Below, piece by piece: positions 36,806 to 46,351 of a stretch of 64,000 nucleotides of DNA. The DNA comes from an uncultured Gammaproteobacteria bacterium (GTDB taxonomy: Bacteria > Pseudomonadota > Gammaproteobacteria > UBA9214). Position 1 is the first letter of the stretch. Each line of letters starts with the position of its first letter. The notes below the pieces were generated by a model. That model did not search any database, had not been told where the DNA came from, and saw nothing but the letters and a program-made list of their open reading frames with translations. A program made the position numbers and the translations under genes. The stretch lies in the NCBI GenBank assembly GCA_963827755.1, contig CAWHCQ010000012.1:1-64000 (forward strand), written 5' to 3'.

Positions 36806-38221
36806 TCATGGTAAAATTCTGTTCAGTAAACCAACCAGAAAACGTACTTTCCTCGCCTTTAACAGGTGTGCATAGCTGCTGTTAATTGCGCGCCGGTGAA
36901 CCTGTGCATAGCTTGGGTAAGCATGGACAAGATCGGTAATATTCTTGACCCTGGCATTCACTTTCATGGCCAGTGCAAGCTCGTGAATCAATTCACCGGC
37001 ATGCGGCCCAACCAGGCTGGCCCCCAGAATACGACCCTTGCTGATCAGTATCTTCAAAAATCCGGATTCTTCCCCGTCGGTTATAGCGCGGTCCACATCA
37101 GCCATACTGAAGCGGGCGAGTTGATAGTTGACACCCTGCTCGTCGGCCTCTGCCTCTGTCAGGCCTACTGCTGCGACTTCCGGGTCAGTATAAACAACCC
37201 GCGGAACAACCCGGTAGTCGGTCTTTTTCGGGATGCGAAATACAATATTGGCAAGCGCAATCCCGGCCTGGTATTCAGCCATGTGGGTAAACTGGTAAGG
37301 ACCGGCGACATCACCGACAGCGAAGATATGTTTTTGTGATGTGCGCAACCGTCGGTCAACCGTAATACCTTTGTTGCTGAATACTACACCAGCCTCTTCC
37401 AGCCCCATGTTGCGGATACAGGGACGTCGACCTGCGGCTGCCAGTATCAGGTCTGATTCAACCGTACTGCCATCTTCCAGCTGCAACTGCCGGCTGTTGC
37501 CTTCACGCCGCACGCCTGAAATCCCGGCACCGCAGATGACCCTGATTTTTTCTCTTTCCAGAACGTCCTGCAGCACAGCCGATATTTCTGCATCGCCCTG
37601 GGCAAGCAACCGATCTGCCATCTCGATTATGGTTACCTTGCTGCCGAATCGGGAGAATGCCTGGGCCAGCTCAACGCCAACGGGGCCACCGCCGATGATT
37701 GCCAGCTGCTGCGGCAGCGCCCGCCGTGAAAAAATGGTCTCATTGGTTTCATAACCGGCATCTTCAAGCCCGGGAATCGGTGGAATGGCCGGTACTGTGC
37801 CCGTTGCAATCACAAACCGCTTTGCGGTAATGATTTCTTCGTCAATTGAAAGCTGGTGTGAATTGATAAAAACAGCCTTGCCGAAGCGCACATCACAGCC
37901 ATAGCTGCGAAAGCGCTGTGGATCATCATGCTCCTGTATTCTTGCGATGACCTCGCCGACCCGGTCCACTGCAACGCCAAAATTAATGCCCGGCATCGCA
38001 GACAGCAGTCCTTCATCGGCGCCCCGGCGTACGGTGTGCGCGGTACGTGCCATATGTATGAGGGTTTTGCTGGGTACACAGCCACCATGCAGACAGTCAC
38101 CGCCGAGGCGGCCTGATTGCTCGACCAGCATCACCTTCAGACCCAGCTGCGCAGCGACGCTGGCGACCACCAGCCCACCCGGCCCACCGCCAATGACTAC
38201 CAGATCCTGTTTTCTGCCCAT
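36806..38221 (-). CDS. FAD-dependent pyridine nucleotide-disulfide oxidoreductase (Lpd/MerA-like)
   Basis: GGGPGG, GGDCLHGGCVPSK, GGGPVG, FTHMAEYQA and HAYP. Confidence 0.9.
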   Translation of the reverse strand: MGRKQDLVVIGGGPGGLVVASVAAQLGLKVMLVEQSGRLGGDCLHGGCVPSKTLIHMARTAHTVRRGADEGLLSAMPGINFGVAVDRVGEVIARIQEHDDPQRFRSYGCDVRFGKAVFINSHQLSIDEEIITAKRFVIATGTVPAIPPIPGLEDAGYETNETIFSRRALPQQLAIIGGGPVGVELAQAFSRFGSKVTIIEMADRLLAQGDAEISAVLQDVLEREKIRVICGAGISGVRREGNSRQLQLEDGSTVESDLILAAAGRRPCIRNMGLEEAGVVFSNKGITVDRRLRTSQKHIFAVGDVAGPYQFTHMAEYQAGIALANIVFRIPKKTDYRVVPRVVYTDPEVAAVGLTEAEADEQGVNYQLARFSMADVDRAITDGEESGFLKILISKGRILGASLVGPHAGELIHELALAMKVNARVKNITDLVHAYPSYAQVHRRAINSSYAHLLKARKVRFLVGLLNRILP

Positions 38222-38232
38222 AAGAAGTAGTC

Positions 38233-38901
38233 CTAGCCCGTCCTGTTGCGCCGTAAGCGCATAATTATCCGCGAGCCAAAGGCAACGGTTGCAATGATCG
38301 CAATTGCCAGCAAGGCCTTCCTGATGAAGTCCTCACCCCCGGCGACCACTTCACGTCCGGCATATCCGAGATAGGTATAGGCCGCGCCACCGGGTGCCAT
38401 GAAGACAAACGATGTAATGACATAGGTGAGCAGCCGAATTCTCGTCAGGCCAAGCGCATAGTTGAGCAAATTAAAAGGAAACAGCGGTACCAGGCGGACA
38501 AAGGCGACAAAGCGCCAGCCCTCGCTTTCGACACCTTCGACCAGTTGCCGCAAACGTTTGCCGGCACGCCGTGTTGCCCAGTCACTGGCAATGTAGCGTG
38601 CTGCCAGGAATGCAAGTGTGGCCCCCAGGGTGGCGCCTGTCAGGTTATACAGGGTCCCGAACACCGGCCCGAACAATGCACCACCTGCGAGGGTGAATAA
38701 CAGGCCCGGCATGAAAAAGACCGTGGCTATTGCATAGCCCGCGATAAAAACCAGGGGCGCGGCCCAGCCCAGCTGGCCGAGCCATTGCTCGAGTGCAACA
38801 ACGGAGATGTGCTCGCGGTACACAAGGGCGGTGCCGATGCCGGTGGCAAGGACCAGTAACAGTAAAATACGTCGCACGGTGTCAGGAGGACTTTTCATCA
38901 C
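38233..38901 (-). CDS. TVP38/TMEM64 (DedA/VTT) membrane protein
   Basis: TLAGGALFG and RLVPLFPFNLLNYALG. Confidence 0.92.
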   Translation of the reverse strand: MMKSPPDTVRRILLLLVLATGIGTALVYREHISVVALEQWLGQLGWAAPLVFIAGYAIATVFFMPGLLFTLAGGALFGPVFGTLYNLTGATLGATLAFLAARYIASDWATRRAGKRLRQLVEGVESEGWRFVAFVRLVPLFPFNLLNYALGLTRIRLLTYVITSFVFMAPGGAAYTYLGYAGREVVAGGEDFIRKALLAIAIIATVAFGSRIIMRLRRNRTG

Positions 38902-39740
38902 TATCCCGGCGGCGGTTGATGGCGTAGTCCGTTACCTTGCCGATAAATGGCATCAGCAACAGACCGGGAAGTTTTATGCACTGCCCGGCATCCCTGAAGG
39001 TATCTATACCGATCGTCATGTTTAAATGCCCGTCCTGTGGCTGGTCCCTGTAGGTACCAAACAGGCGATCCCAGATGGAAAGATTAAATCCGAAATTGCT
39101 GTTGGTTTCATGCTGAAGATGCGAATGATGTACGCGGTGCATGTCCGGGGTGACGATGAACAGCCTCAGGATTCTATCAACCGCCAGTGGCAGGCGAACA
39201 TTGCTGTGATTGAACATTGACGTGGCATTCAGCAATACCTCGAATATCACGACAGCAAGCAGCGGCGGTCCGAGCAGCAGGATGACGGCAAACTTGATCA
39301 GCATGGAAAGCAGTATCTCGAGCGGGTGAAAGCGTGATCCGGTTGTAACATCGAAATCAAGATCGGCATGGTGTACGCGATGCAGGCGCCACAGGGCAGG
39401 CACCGCATGAACCATCACATGCTGCAGATAGATTGCACCGTCAAGAACAATGACCGACACAAGAATAGCCAGTGGAAAAGGTGCATCAAGCTGGTTAAAC
39501 AGGCCCCATTGCTGCTGCAATGGCGCGGTCGGCCATGCCCACGGCTGCAGCGGGAAAAACAAGTCGCAGGATGAGGGTATTCAGAACAACCAGTGAAATG
39601 TTATTCAGCCAGCGTGCCGGTTTTGACTGGCTGAGCGGACGACGTGGCGCCAGTATTTCCCAGGCAGCCATTAGCGCGAATACCCCGAAAAATGCACCGA
39701 GCCTGACAACAGCCTCCCAACTCGTTATTGCTTCATCCAT
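38882..39740 (-). CDS. Sterol desaturase/fatty acid hydroxylase family protein; frameshift near 39520-39560
   Basis: His boxes HVMVH, HRVHH, FNHSN and HRVHHS. The N-terminus (MDEAITSWE...RWLNN) is in another frame. Confidence 0.88.
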
Positions 39741-40816
39741 GGCCTTGAATATCCCCCGATTGTGCTGCAGCAGGAGTGCTGAATTGTAAAACCCTTTCGA
39801 GCGCTTCAAGCACGACTTCAGTGCCCGCTCCGGGCTTGTGAGCGTAATGCCCCAGGTAGCGCCGCCAGTGCCTGGCGCCCGGTTCCCCGGCAAACAGGCC
39901 CAGCATATGCCGGGTAATGTGTTTGAGCGGCACACCTTGCGCAAGTTCCGTTTCTATGTAATCCAGCATTCTGATGAACAATCTCTTCACGCCCGGGAGC
40001 CTTTTGCACAGCAGCGTAGAAACGCGTATCTACTTCGGCCAGCATATACGGTTCATGGTAGGCGACCCTGCCGAGCATTACCCCGTCGACCTGTGCCAAA
40101 TGGATTTCCGCACTGTCCAGGTCACTGATACCGCCGTTTAGTATTATTTCAAGATCCGGAAACTGCTGCTTGATACGGTAGACATAATCATGGTTCAGGG
40201 GCGGAACGGTGCGGTTTTCCTTCGGGCTGAGACCCTGCAGGATTGCCTTTCGCGCATGGATGATGAAAGTTTCGCAGCCGGCACCACTTACCGCGTTGAT
40301 AAATCCGCCAAGCTCTTCGAATGAATCCCGCGCATCTATGCCGGTTCGGCACTTGACGGTCACCGGGATTGCTACGGCAGCTCGCATGGCTGCTACACAT
40401 TCAGCCACCAGCCCGGGCTCGGCCATCAGGCATGCACCAAAGCGGCCTGATTGAACCCGGTTACTGGGACACCCCACATTCAGATTGATCTCATCATAGC
40501 CGTAATCCATCCCGAGACGCGCACAATCAGCCAGTGCATGCGGGTCGCTACCACCGATCTGCAGCGCAACCGGGTGCTCACGATTATTGAACCTGAGGAA
40601 TCGGTCCCGGTCTCCGTGCAGCAGGGCGTGCGTAGTCACCATCTCTGTATAGAGCAGGATATTTGCCGAAATCAGGCGCAACAGATAGCGACAATGACGG
40701 TCTGTCCAGTCCATCATCGGTGCCACGGAAAAACGATGGTTTATGCGCCTTGAAATGGTTACACCCCTGCCGTTCATAACCGCAGCCGGATTAGCGGCCG
40801 TCTGCCCTGAAAACAT
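39733..40816 (-). CDS. dusA: tRNA dihydrouridine synthase DusA; frameshift near 39970
   Basis: SVAPMMDWTDRH, NLNVGCPS and IHARKA. The C-terminus ITRHMLGLF...GARHWRR is in the shifted frame. Start uncertain. Confidence 0.94.
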
Positions 40817-40990
40817 CACCTGCTGCTCGTATCGATCGTCGAGCAATAACTCTGGCAATTGTAAATTTAACGCTTTTGTATCAACCGTTTCGGTGATATA
40901 GTCAAAAAAAATAGCAGGGAAATTACTGTTTGATTTTACAATATACCGATTTGCTAAAGATATTCACCAACATACAGGGTTTATTCAGAA

Positions 40991-41578
40991 ATGACTTGTA
41001 AGAAAAACAGCATGATTTTGGTATTCATGGGGGCTACATTACTTGGCCTTGTCGGCTGTGAAAGCCAGCCTTACAAACCCTGGCAGCCCGCCGACTCATC
41101 GTGGGAGAAAGATGATCAGGCTGACAAACAAGCCGCAATGACGAAGGCCGCGGAACAGGCCACCGCGGCAAAACAAGTGCCGGCATCTACACCGGTCAGG
41201 GCAGCGGAGCCAGTCCCAATGCGGGGTTCACCCCCGGTTACGGAGGCAGAACCTGATAGCGAAGACATGCCTGTTGCACAACCGATGCCACGGCAAGCTG
41301 ACATCAAACCTGCTGAACGGGCCTCCGGGGCACGTGCACCGGCAAGGACAACCGGGGATGTACTGCTCATCGACAGCATCCAGTCGGCACCCGATATCAG
41401 GACTCCGCGCAATGGCATGAATATGGACAGTGTACGGCGCCAATTCGGTAATCCGTTATCCGAGGGCAGCAGCATTGGCGACCCGCCCATCACACGCTGG
41501 GAATACAAAGGCTTCTCCGTGTATTTCGAGCATGACCTGGTCTTGCACTCGGTCACCCACCGCCCGAACCGGAACTGA
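40991..41578 (+). CDS. Hypothetical lipoprotein with Pro/Ala-rich linker and small C-terminal domain (SmpA/BamE-like)
   Basis: Lipobox LVGC; C-terminal GM...VRRQFGNP...PPITRWEY..FSVYFE. Confidence 0.75.
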   Translation: MTCKKNSMILVFMGATLLGLVGCESQPYKPWQPADSSWEKDDQADKQAAMTKAAEQATAAKQVPASTPVRAAEPVPMRGSPPVTEAEPDSEDMPVAQPMPRQADIKPAERASGARAPARTTGDVLLIDSIQSAPDIRTPRNGMNMDSVRRQFGNPLSEGSSIGDPPITRWEYKGFSVYFEHDLVLHSVTHRPNRN

Positions 41579-41729
41579 TTTCCAGTTCCGGTTTCACCCG
41601 CTACCGGCCCTGTCGGCCGCTACGCGGACACCTGCCACACGAAGACAACTCGCGCCCGGGTAAAACTGTGGTCAGGGGTTTGATTTTGACGGATAATATT
41701 TTGCCCGGACCACTCCAAGGATAAACAGC

Positions 41730-42863
41730 ATGATCCTGATTTTACACGCCGACACTGACAAGGACGGGGCTGAATATCGACAGTTGATGGAATTCCTGTC
41801 AAATATGGACAATATCCAGTCACGCGTGCACGACGAAAAAGGCACCCAGCAAATACTGACCGAAATTTACCTGGTGGGCGATACGGCTTCACTGATACTC
41901 GATGATATGGCGAGCCTGCCCTGCGTTGACCGGGTGGTGCGTGTTTCAGAGGAATACCGGGTGCTCGGACGCCACCACGATGATGTGCGCCCCACGCATT
42001 TTGAATACAACGGCATCCGCTTTGGTCAGGACAATCTGAATGTTTTTGCCGGTCTGTGCGCGGTAGATAATCCCGAGCATGTCGAGCAAATGATGAAGGC
42101 GCTGAAGGAACACGGTCAGCAGTGCACACGCATGGGTGCCTACAAACCACGCACCAACCCCTACTCGTTCCAGGGACATGGAAAAAGCTGCCTGCCCTAT
42201 GTTTTCGAACTGGCCGGGAAATACGACATCAAGGTCATTGCCATGGAGGTCACCCACGACTCGCATGTCGCCGAGATTCATGAAGCCCTGGAACTGACCG
42301 GCAACCCCACCGGTGTCATGCTGCAGATAGGCACACGCAATACACAGAACTTCGAATTGTTGAAGTCGATCGGGCGTGACCCGGACTTCCCGGTGCTGTT
42401 GAAACGCGGCTTCGGCATCACCCTGGAAGAATCGCTCAATGCAGCTGAATACCTCGCCAGCGAAGGCAACCGGCGCGTGGTCTTCGGCCTGCGTGGCATG
42501 AAGACCAACATGGGTGACCCGCATCGCAACTTTATCGATTTTGCCCATGTCCCGGTCGTCAAACGTCTGACGCGCATGCCTGTCTGTATTGATCCATCAC
42601 ACTCGGTTGGCACCCGTGACAGCACACCGGAAGGTATCCTCGATGTCTTTCATGTCACTGCACAGGGCGTGATTGCAGGCGCCAACATGGTACTCGTCGA
42701 TTTCCACCCGGTGCCAAGCAAGGCCCTGGTGGATGGACCACAGGCCCTGCGGATGAATGAGCTGGGGTATTTTCTCGACGATATCAGGATAGCCCGGGAA
42801 GCCTATGAGAAACGACTGGCGCTATGCGAGGCCCATCGCGCCGCCACCGCCACTGCGGCCTGA
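41730..42863 (+). CDS. 3-deoxy-7-phosphoheptulonate (DAHP) synthase, class I-beta
   Basis: AGLCAV, GAYKPRTNPYSFQG, QIGTRN, LLKRG, DPSHS and DGPQ, with an N-terminal regulatory-type extension. Confidence 0.9.
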   Translation: MILILHADTDKDGAEYRQLMEFLSNMDNIQSRVHDEKGTQQILTEIYLVGDTASLILDDMASLPCVDRVVRVSEEYRVLGRHHDDVRPTHFEYNGIRFGQDNLNVFAGLCAVDNPEHVEQMMKALKEHGQQCTRMGAYKPRTNPYSFQGHGKSCLPYVFELAGKYDIKVIAMEVTHDSHVAEIHEALELTGNPTGVMLQIGTRNTQNFELLKSIGRDPDFPVLLKRGFGITLEESLNAAEYLASEGNRRVVFGLRGMKTNMGDPHRNFIDFAHVPVVKRLTRMPVCIDPSHSVGTRDSTPEGILDVFHVTAQGVIAGANMVLVDFHPVPSKALVDGPQALRMNELGYFLDDIRIAREAYEKRLALCEAHRAATATAA

Positions 42864-42939
42864 TGCGGGGCCCGGCTGTTTTCTGTATGCGCGGATAGAC
42901 TATAGTTGACAAGGTCAACATAAAGTCAGGGGCCGGGAA

Positions 42940-43458
42940 ATGCAGCTACAAAAGATCACTTTCAGCATGGTTATTTTACTGCTCGGCTCCTCCCTGCTGG
43001 CAGAAGAAAAAGTATCGAGGGTGGTTGAGACCCCCTACTCTGAACAAAAAGTCGTCTATGACTTTTATCTGGACAACCCGCAGAAAATCAATGCCGCCCT
43101 CTACTGGGTTCGCTCCCTGATGAATCCCTTGATGGAGGAGCCCTATGGGTTGGCACCTGAATTCCTGGATATCAAGGTCGTAATCCACGGCACGGAAATC
43201 GTGACGGTTGCCCGCAAGAACTATTCGAAATACCGGGACGCCGTGGAACGTATGCGCTATTACGCCAGCCTGGGCGTGGAATTCAAGGTCTGCGGGCTGG
43301 CAGCTGAAGATTATGACTACGGCAACAGTGACTTTTATGAATTCATAGAAGTGGTCCCTTCGGCGATCACCGAACTTGCCCACTGGCAATTGCAGGGCCA
43401 CGCGCTGATCACGCCCGTTGTTATGGAGAAAAAGTTTTCAATCGAAGAAATCCGCTAG
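42940..43458 (+). CDS. DsrE-family protein with signal peptide
   Basis: KVVYDF, IKVVIHG, GVEFKVCG and VVPSAITELAHWQLQG. Confidence 0.82.
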   Translation: MQLQKITFSMVILLLGSSLLAEEKVSRVVETPYSEQKVVYDFYLDNPQKINAALYWVRSLMNPLMEEPYGLAPEFLDIKVVIHGTEIVTVARKNYSKYRDAVERMRYYASLGVEFKVCGLAAEDYDYGNSDFYEFIEVVPSAITELAHWQLQGHALITPVVMEKKFSIEEIR

Positions 43459-43490
43459 CAAGGCCTGATCACCAGGCCCCTAAATTAATT

Positions 43491-43577
43491 GTAGGAGCCA
43501 GCGCCAGCTGGCGAAGCGCGAGCTGGCGAAGCCCAGCTGGCGAAGCAGCTTGTTCGCGAGCTATCGCTCGCTCCTAC
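43491..43577. repeat. GTAG REP-like inverted element with internal tandem repeats
   Basis: GTAGGAGC...GCTCCTAC termini enclosing three AGCTGGCGAAGC units, between convergent genes. Confidence 0.78.
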
Positions 43578-45868
43578 GGTCGGGGCACAGCCTGTTTATC
43601 AACCTTCATCAACAATGGCGGAAGAAACAGAAAGTCCGCTACAAGGGCAAAACCGATGGTGATGGCAGTCAGCAAGCCCATGTCGGCATTCAGTTTAAAG
43701 GCCGACTGGGTCAAAACCATGAAACCGGCGATAAGGACAAACGATGTCACCCACAGCGCCATGCCCACCGTTGAAAAGGCATAGCGCACCGCATCGGCGG
43801 AATCCAGCCCCTGCTCACGCCTTGCGCGCAGGTACTTGCTCAGAAAATGCACCGTATCATCCACCACGATACCCAGGGTCATGCCCGTCACCACCGAAAG
43901 CGCCAGCCCGACCTCACCCACCAGCAGGCCCCACAGTCCAAAGCCCATCGCCGCAGGTACCAGGTTCGGAACCAGGCTTACCAGGCCGATTTTGACAGAG
44001 CGCAGGGCAATGATCAGTACCAGGGAAATCAACACCAGGGCAATCGTCGTACCCTTTAACATGCTGCGGATATTGCGATAACCGATATGCGCGAACATGA
44101 CGGACGGACTGGCCCCGTCCGTCTTCATATGGGGTGCATTCTCCGCCAGCCATGCCTGTGCTTTTTGATTAAGCGCCAGTAACTCGTTCGTGGAAATACT
44201 CTCCAGGGAGACCGTCATCCGGGTGGCCGTCTTGCCGATATCGATCTGGTTATTCAGGTCCAGCCCGTAGGGCAAGGACATTTCATAAAGCAGGAGGTAC
44301 TGTGCCGACAGATCACGTTGATCGGGTAGCCGATGCCATTGCGGGTCATCGCCATGCATATTCCTGTTCAGGCGCTTCATGATATCGGTCAGTGTATTGA
44401 CGTGCAGCACACCGGGCTGCTGCAAATACCAGTCCGCAAAACGCGCAACATCGCTGAGAAAGTCCGGATCGCTGATGCCACCGCTCTCACCCGTACCGAG
44501 TGAATAGTCAATTGTATAGATGCCGGTCAGGTTGCTCGTTGCAAACTCGGTTGCATTCCTGAAGTCAATTGACTTGTCAAAGTATTTGACAAACTCATCG
44601 TTTAACTCATTGCGCGGAATAAAGGTCACCAGCACAATAACGATTAACCCCATCCCCCAGAACAGAAAATTACGGCGCTTTATAACGAACTCTGCAAGGC
44701 GATCCATTGCCCTTGCACGCCGCGTTTCACCGACCTTTACCCGGACAGGCAGGCAGAGCATCAGCGCAGGCAGGAAGCCAACGGACAGTACAAAAGCAAT
44801 GCCCACGCCCATGGCGACGATATTGCCAAGGTCACGGAACGGCGGCGCCTCGCTGAAGTTCATACTCATGAAGCCGATCGCCGTTGTCAGTGTTGTCAGG
44901 AAAACCGGCTGAAGGTTTATTCGCAGGCTGTCAATAATGGCAGCGGTCTTCTCCAGTCCCCTGCGCATGTCGTGCAAAAAACTGATAAGGACATGCACGC
45001 AATCGGCCACTGCAAGGGTCAGGATAATAGTGGGGGCAGAGGCAGACGGTGGTGTCAGCGGAATCCCCAGCCACCCGGCCAGGCCCATGGCAGCCACGAT
45101 GGAGAAAATAATCACCAGAAACGTGGCAATCGTTGCCGTAAACGAATGCAGCAGCAGCAGAAGTGTCAGGACAACGACCGCAAACATCATCGGTATCAGG
45201 GTTTGCTGGTCATGAATACTCACCTCGGGGAAGGAATTATTCATGATCACCATGCCCGTCAGGTAAACATCCAGGTCAGGATTATCAGCCTTTACCTGCT
45301 TGACAAGGTCGCGTGCGAAGGCGGTCACTTCGGGTACTTCCTTGCCGGTTCCGTCATCGGGCAGCTGGATGGTTACATTGACACCGGTGACCTGGCCATT
45401 ACCCGAAATCAGGCGATGAACAAGCAGGGGCTCGTTAATGGCAATATCACGGATGGACTGATAACCGGCTGCATCGATACTGGCGCCATCCGGCACAAGA
45501 TCATCGACAATCAGGTCGTCTTCTTCGGCACGGGTGTGCTGATAATTGGTTATCGAGTCGACACGGATAGAATAAGGCATCTGCCAGGAGGCATTTGTCA
45601 GCCAGGCGACGCTTGCAAGGGTATCAGCCGTGAAAACATTGCCGTCTTTTGGCGCAAGCACGAACAGTACATTGTCTGTTTTCGTGTAGGTATTCTGCAG
45701 CTGCTCAAATGCCTGCATCTGGGGATTGTCTTCGCTGAAGAAGACACGGTAATCGGTTTTGAACTGAAGAAACCTGACGCCACTGCCGGCCAGGACAACC
45801 AGCAGAAAAGACATTATCAGAATAGGAAATTTCCAGCGAACCAGCCACTCTCCATATGTTTTACCCAT
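43574..45868 (-). CDS. MMPL/RND-family transporter
   Basis: Two repeated halves with LAVADCVH and GIVVDDTVHF motifs; about 12 TM segments. Confidence 0.92.
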   Translation of the reverse strand: MGKTYGEWLVRWKFPILIMSFLLVVLAGSGVRFLQFKTDYRVFFSEDNPQMQAFEQLQNTYTKTDNVLFVLAPKDGNVFTADTLASVAWLTNASWQMPYSIRVDSITNYQHTRAEEDDLIVDDLVPDGASIDAAGYQSIRDIAINEPLLVHRLISGNGQVTGVNVTIQLPDDGTGKEVPEVTAFARDLVKQVKADNPDLDVYLTGMVIMNNSFPEVSIHDQQTLIPMMFAVVVLTLLLLLHSFTATIATFLVIIFSIVAAMGLAGWLGIPLTPPSASAPTIILTLAVADCVHVLISFLHDMRRGLEKTAAIIDSLRINLQPVFLTTLTTAIGFMSMNFSEAPPFRDLGNIVAMGVGIAFVLSVGFLPALMLCLPVRVKVGETRRARAMDRLAEFVIKRRNFLFWGMGLIVIVLVTFIPRNELNDEFVKYFDKSIDFRNATEFATSNLTGIYTIDYSLGTGESGGISDPDFLSDVARFADWYLQQPGVLHVNTLTDIMKRLNRNMHGDDPQWHRLPDQRDLSAQYLLLYEMSLPYGLDLNNQIDIGKTATRMTVSLESISTNELLALNQKAQAWLAENAPHMKTDGASPSVMFAHIGYRNIRSMLKGTTIALVLISLVLIIALRSVKIGLVSLVPNLVPAAMGFGLWGLLVGEVGLALSVVTGMTLGIVVDDTVHFLSKYLRARREQGLDSADAVRYAFSTVGMALWVTSFVLIAGFMVLTQSAFKLNADMGLLTAITIGFALVADFLFLPPLLMKVDKQAVPRP

Positions 45869-46072
45869 CAACTTTCCCTATTATGATCAGGCCGTTTCAT
45901 TCACTCTCGTGATGATAGCCGAAACCGGCAAATCGTTATTGATTAACCTGCCGGATATGCGCACTGGCTTCTTTTTCAATAGCTTGTAATATACAGACTC
46001 CATGGGGTGAATTCCAACCCCGAGTGAGACATAAGCAGTTCTTTGTTAACAAATAATCGGAGAATTCCTACC

Positions 46073-46276
46073 ATGAGCGCTATCAGAATGTTATTCCTTT
46101 TTATGGCCGCCTTTATTTCCCTGGGAATATGGCTCACCGGCTTCACCAACGTGCACTGGCTTCTGTATATCCCGCCTGCAGCGCTGCTCTTCGCGGGTCT
46201 TACCGGCATTTGCCCGGGATACATGATCTTCAAGAAACTTGGTTTTAAAGGCCAGGAATCAGGCAACCCGCTCTGA
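46073..46276 (+). CDS. Small membrane protein, DUF2892/YgaP-like
   Basis: GGAGA RBS, two TM segments and GLTGICP motif. Confidence 0.75.
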   Translation: MSAIRMLFLFMAAFISLGIWLTGFTNVHWLLYIPPAALLFAGLTGICPGYMIFKKLGFKGQESGNPL

Positions 46277-46351
46277 CGCAGGGATAACCGATTACCTGCT
46301 GAAATATATCGTCCCGTGCAATCCAGCACGGGACATTTCTCTATCACGCGC

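Noticed and set aside
36806-38221. Mercuric reductase merA
   Set aside because: It lacks the C-terminal CC pair and has no mer operon genes nearby.
43491-43577. CRISPR-like array
   Set aside because: Units are 12 bp with 2-3 bp gaps, there are no spacers, and no cas genes are present.
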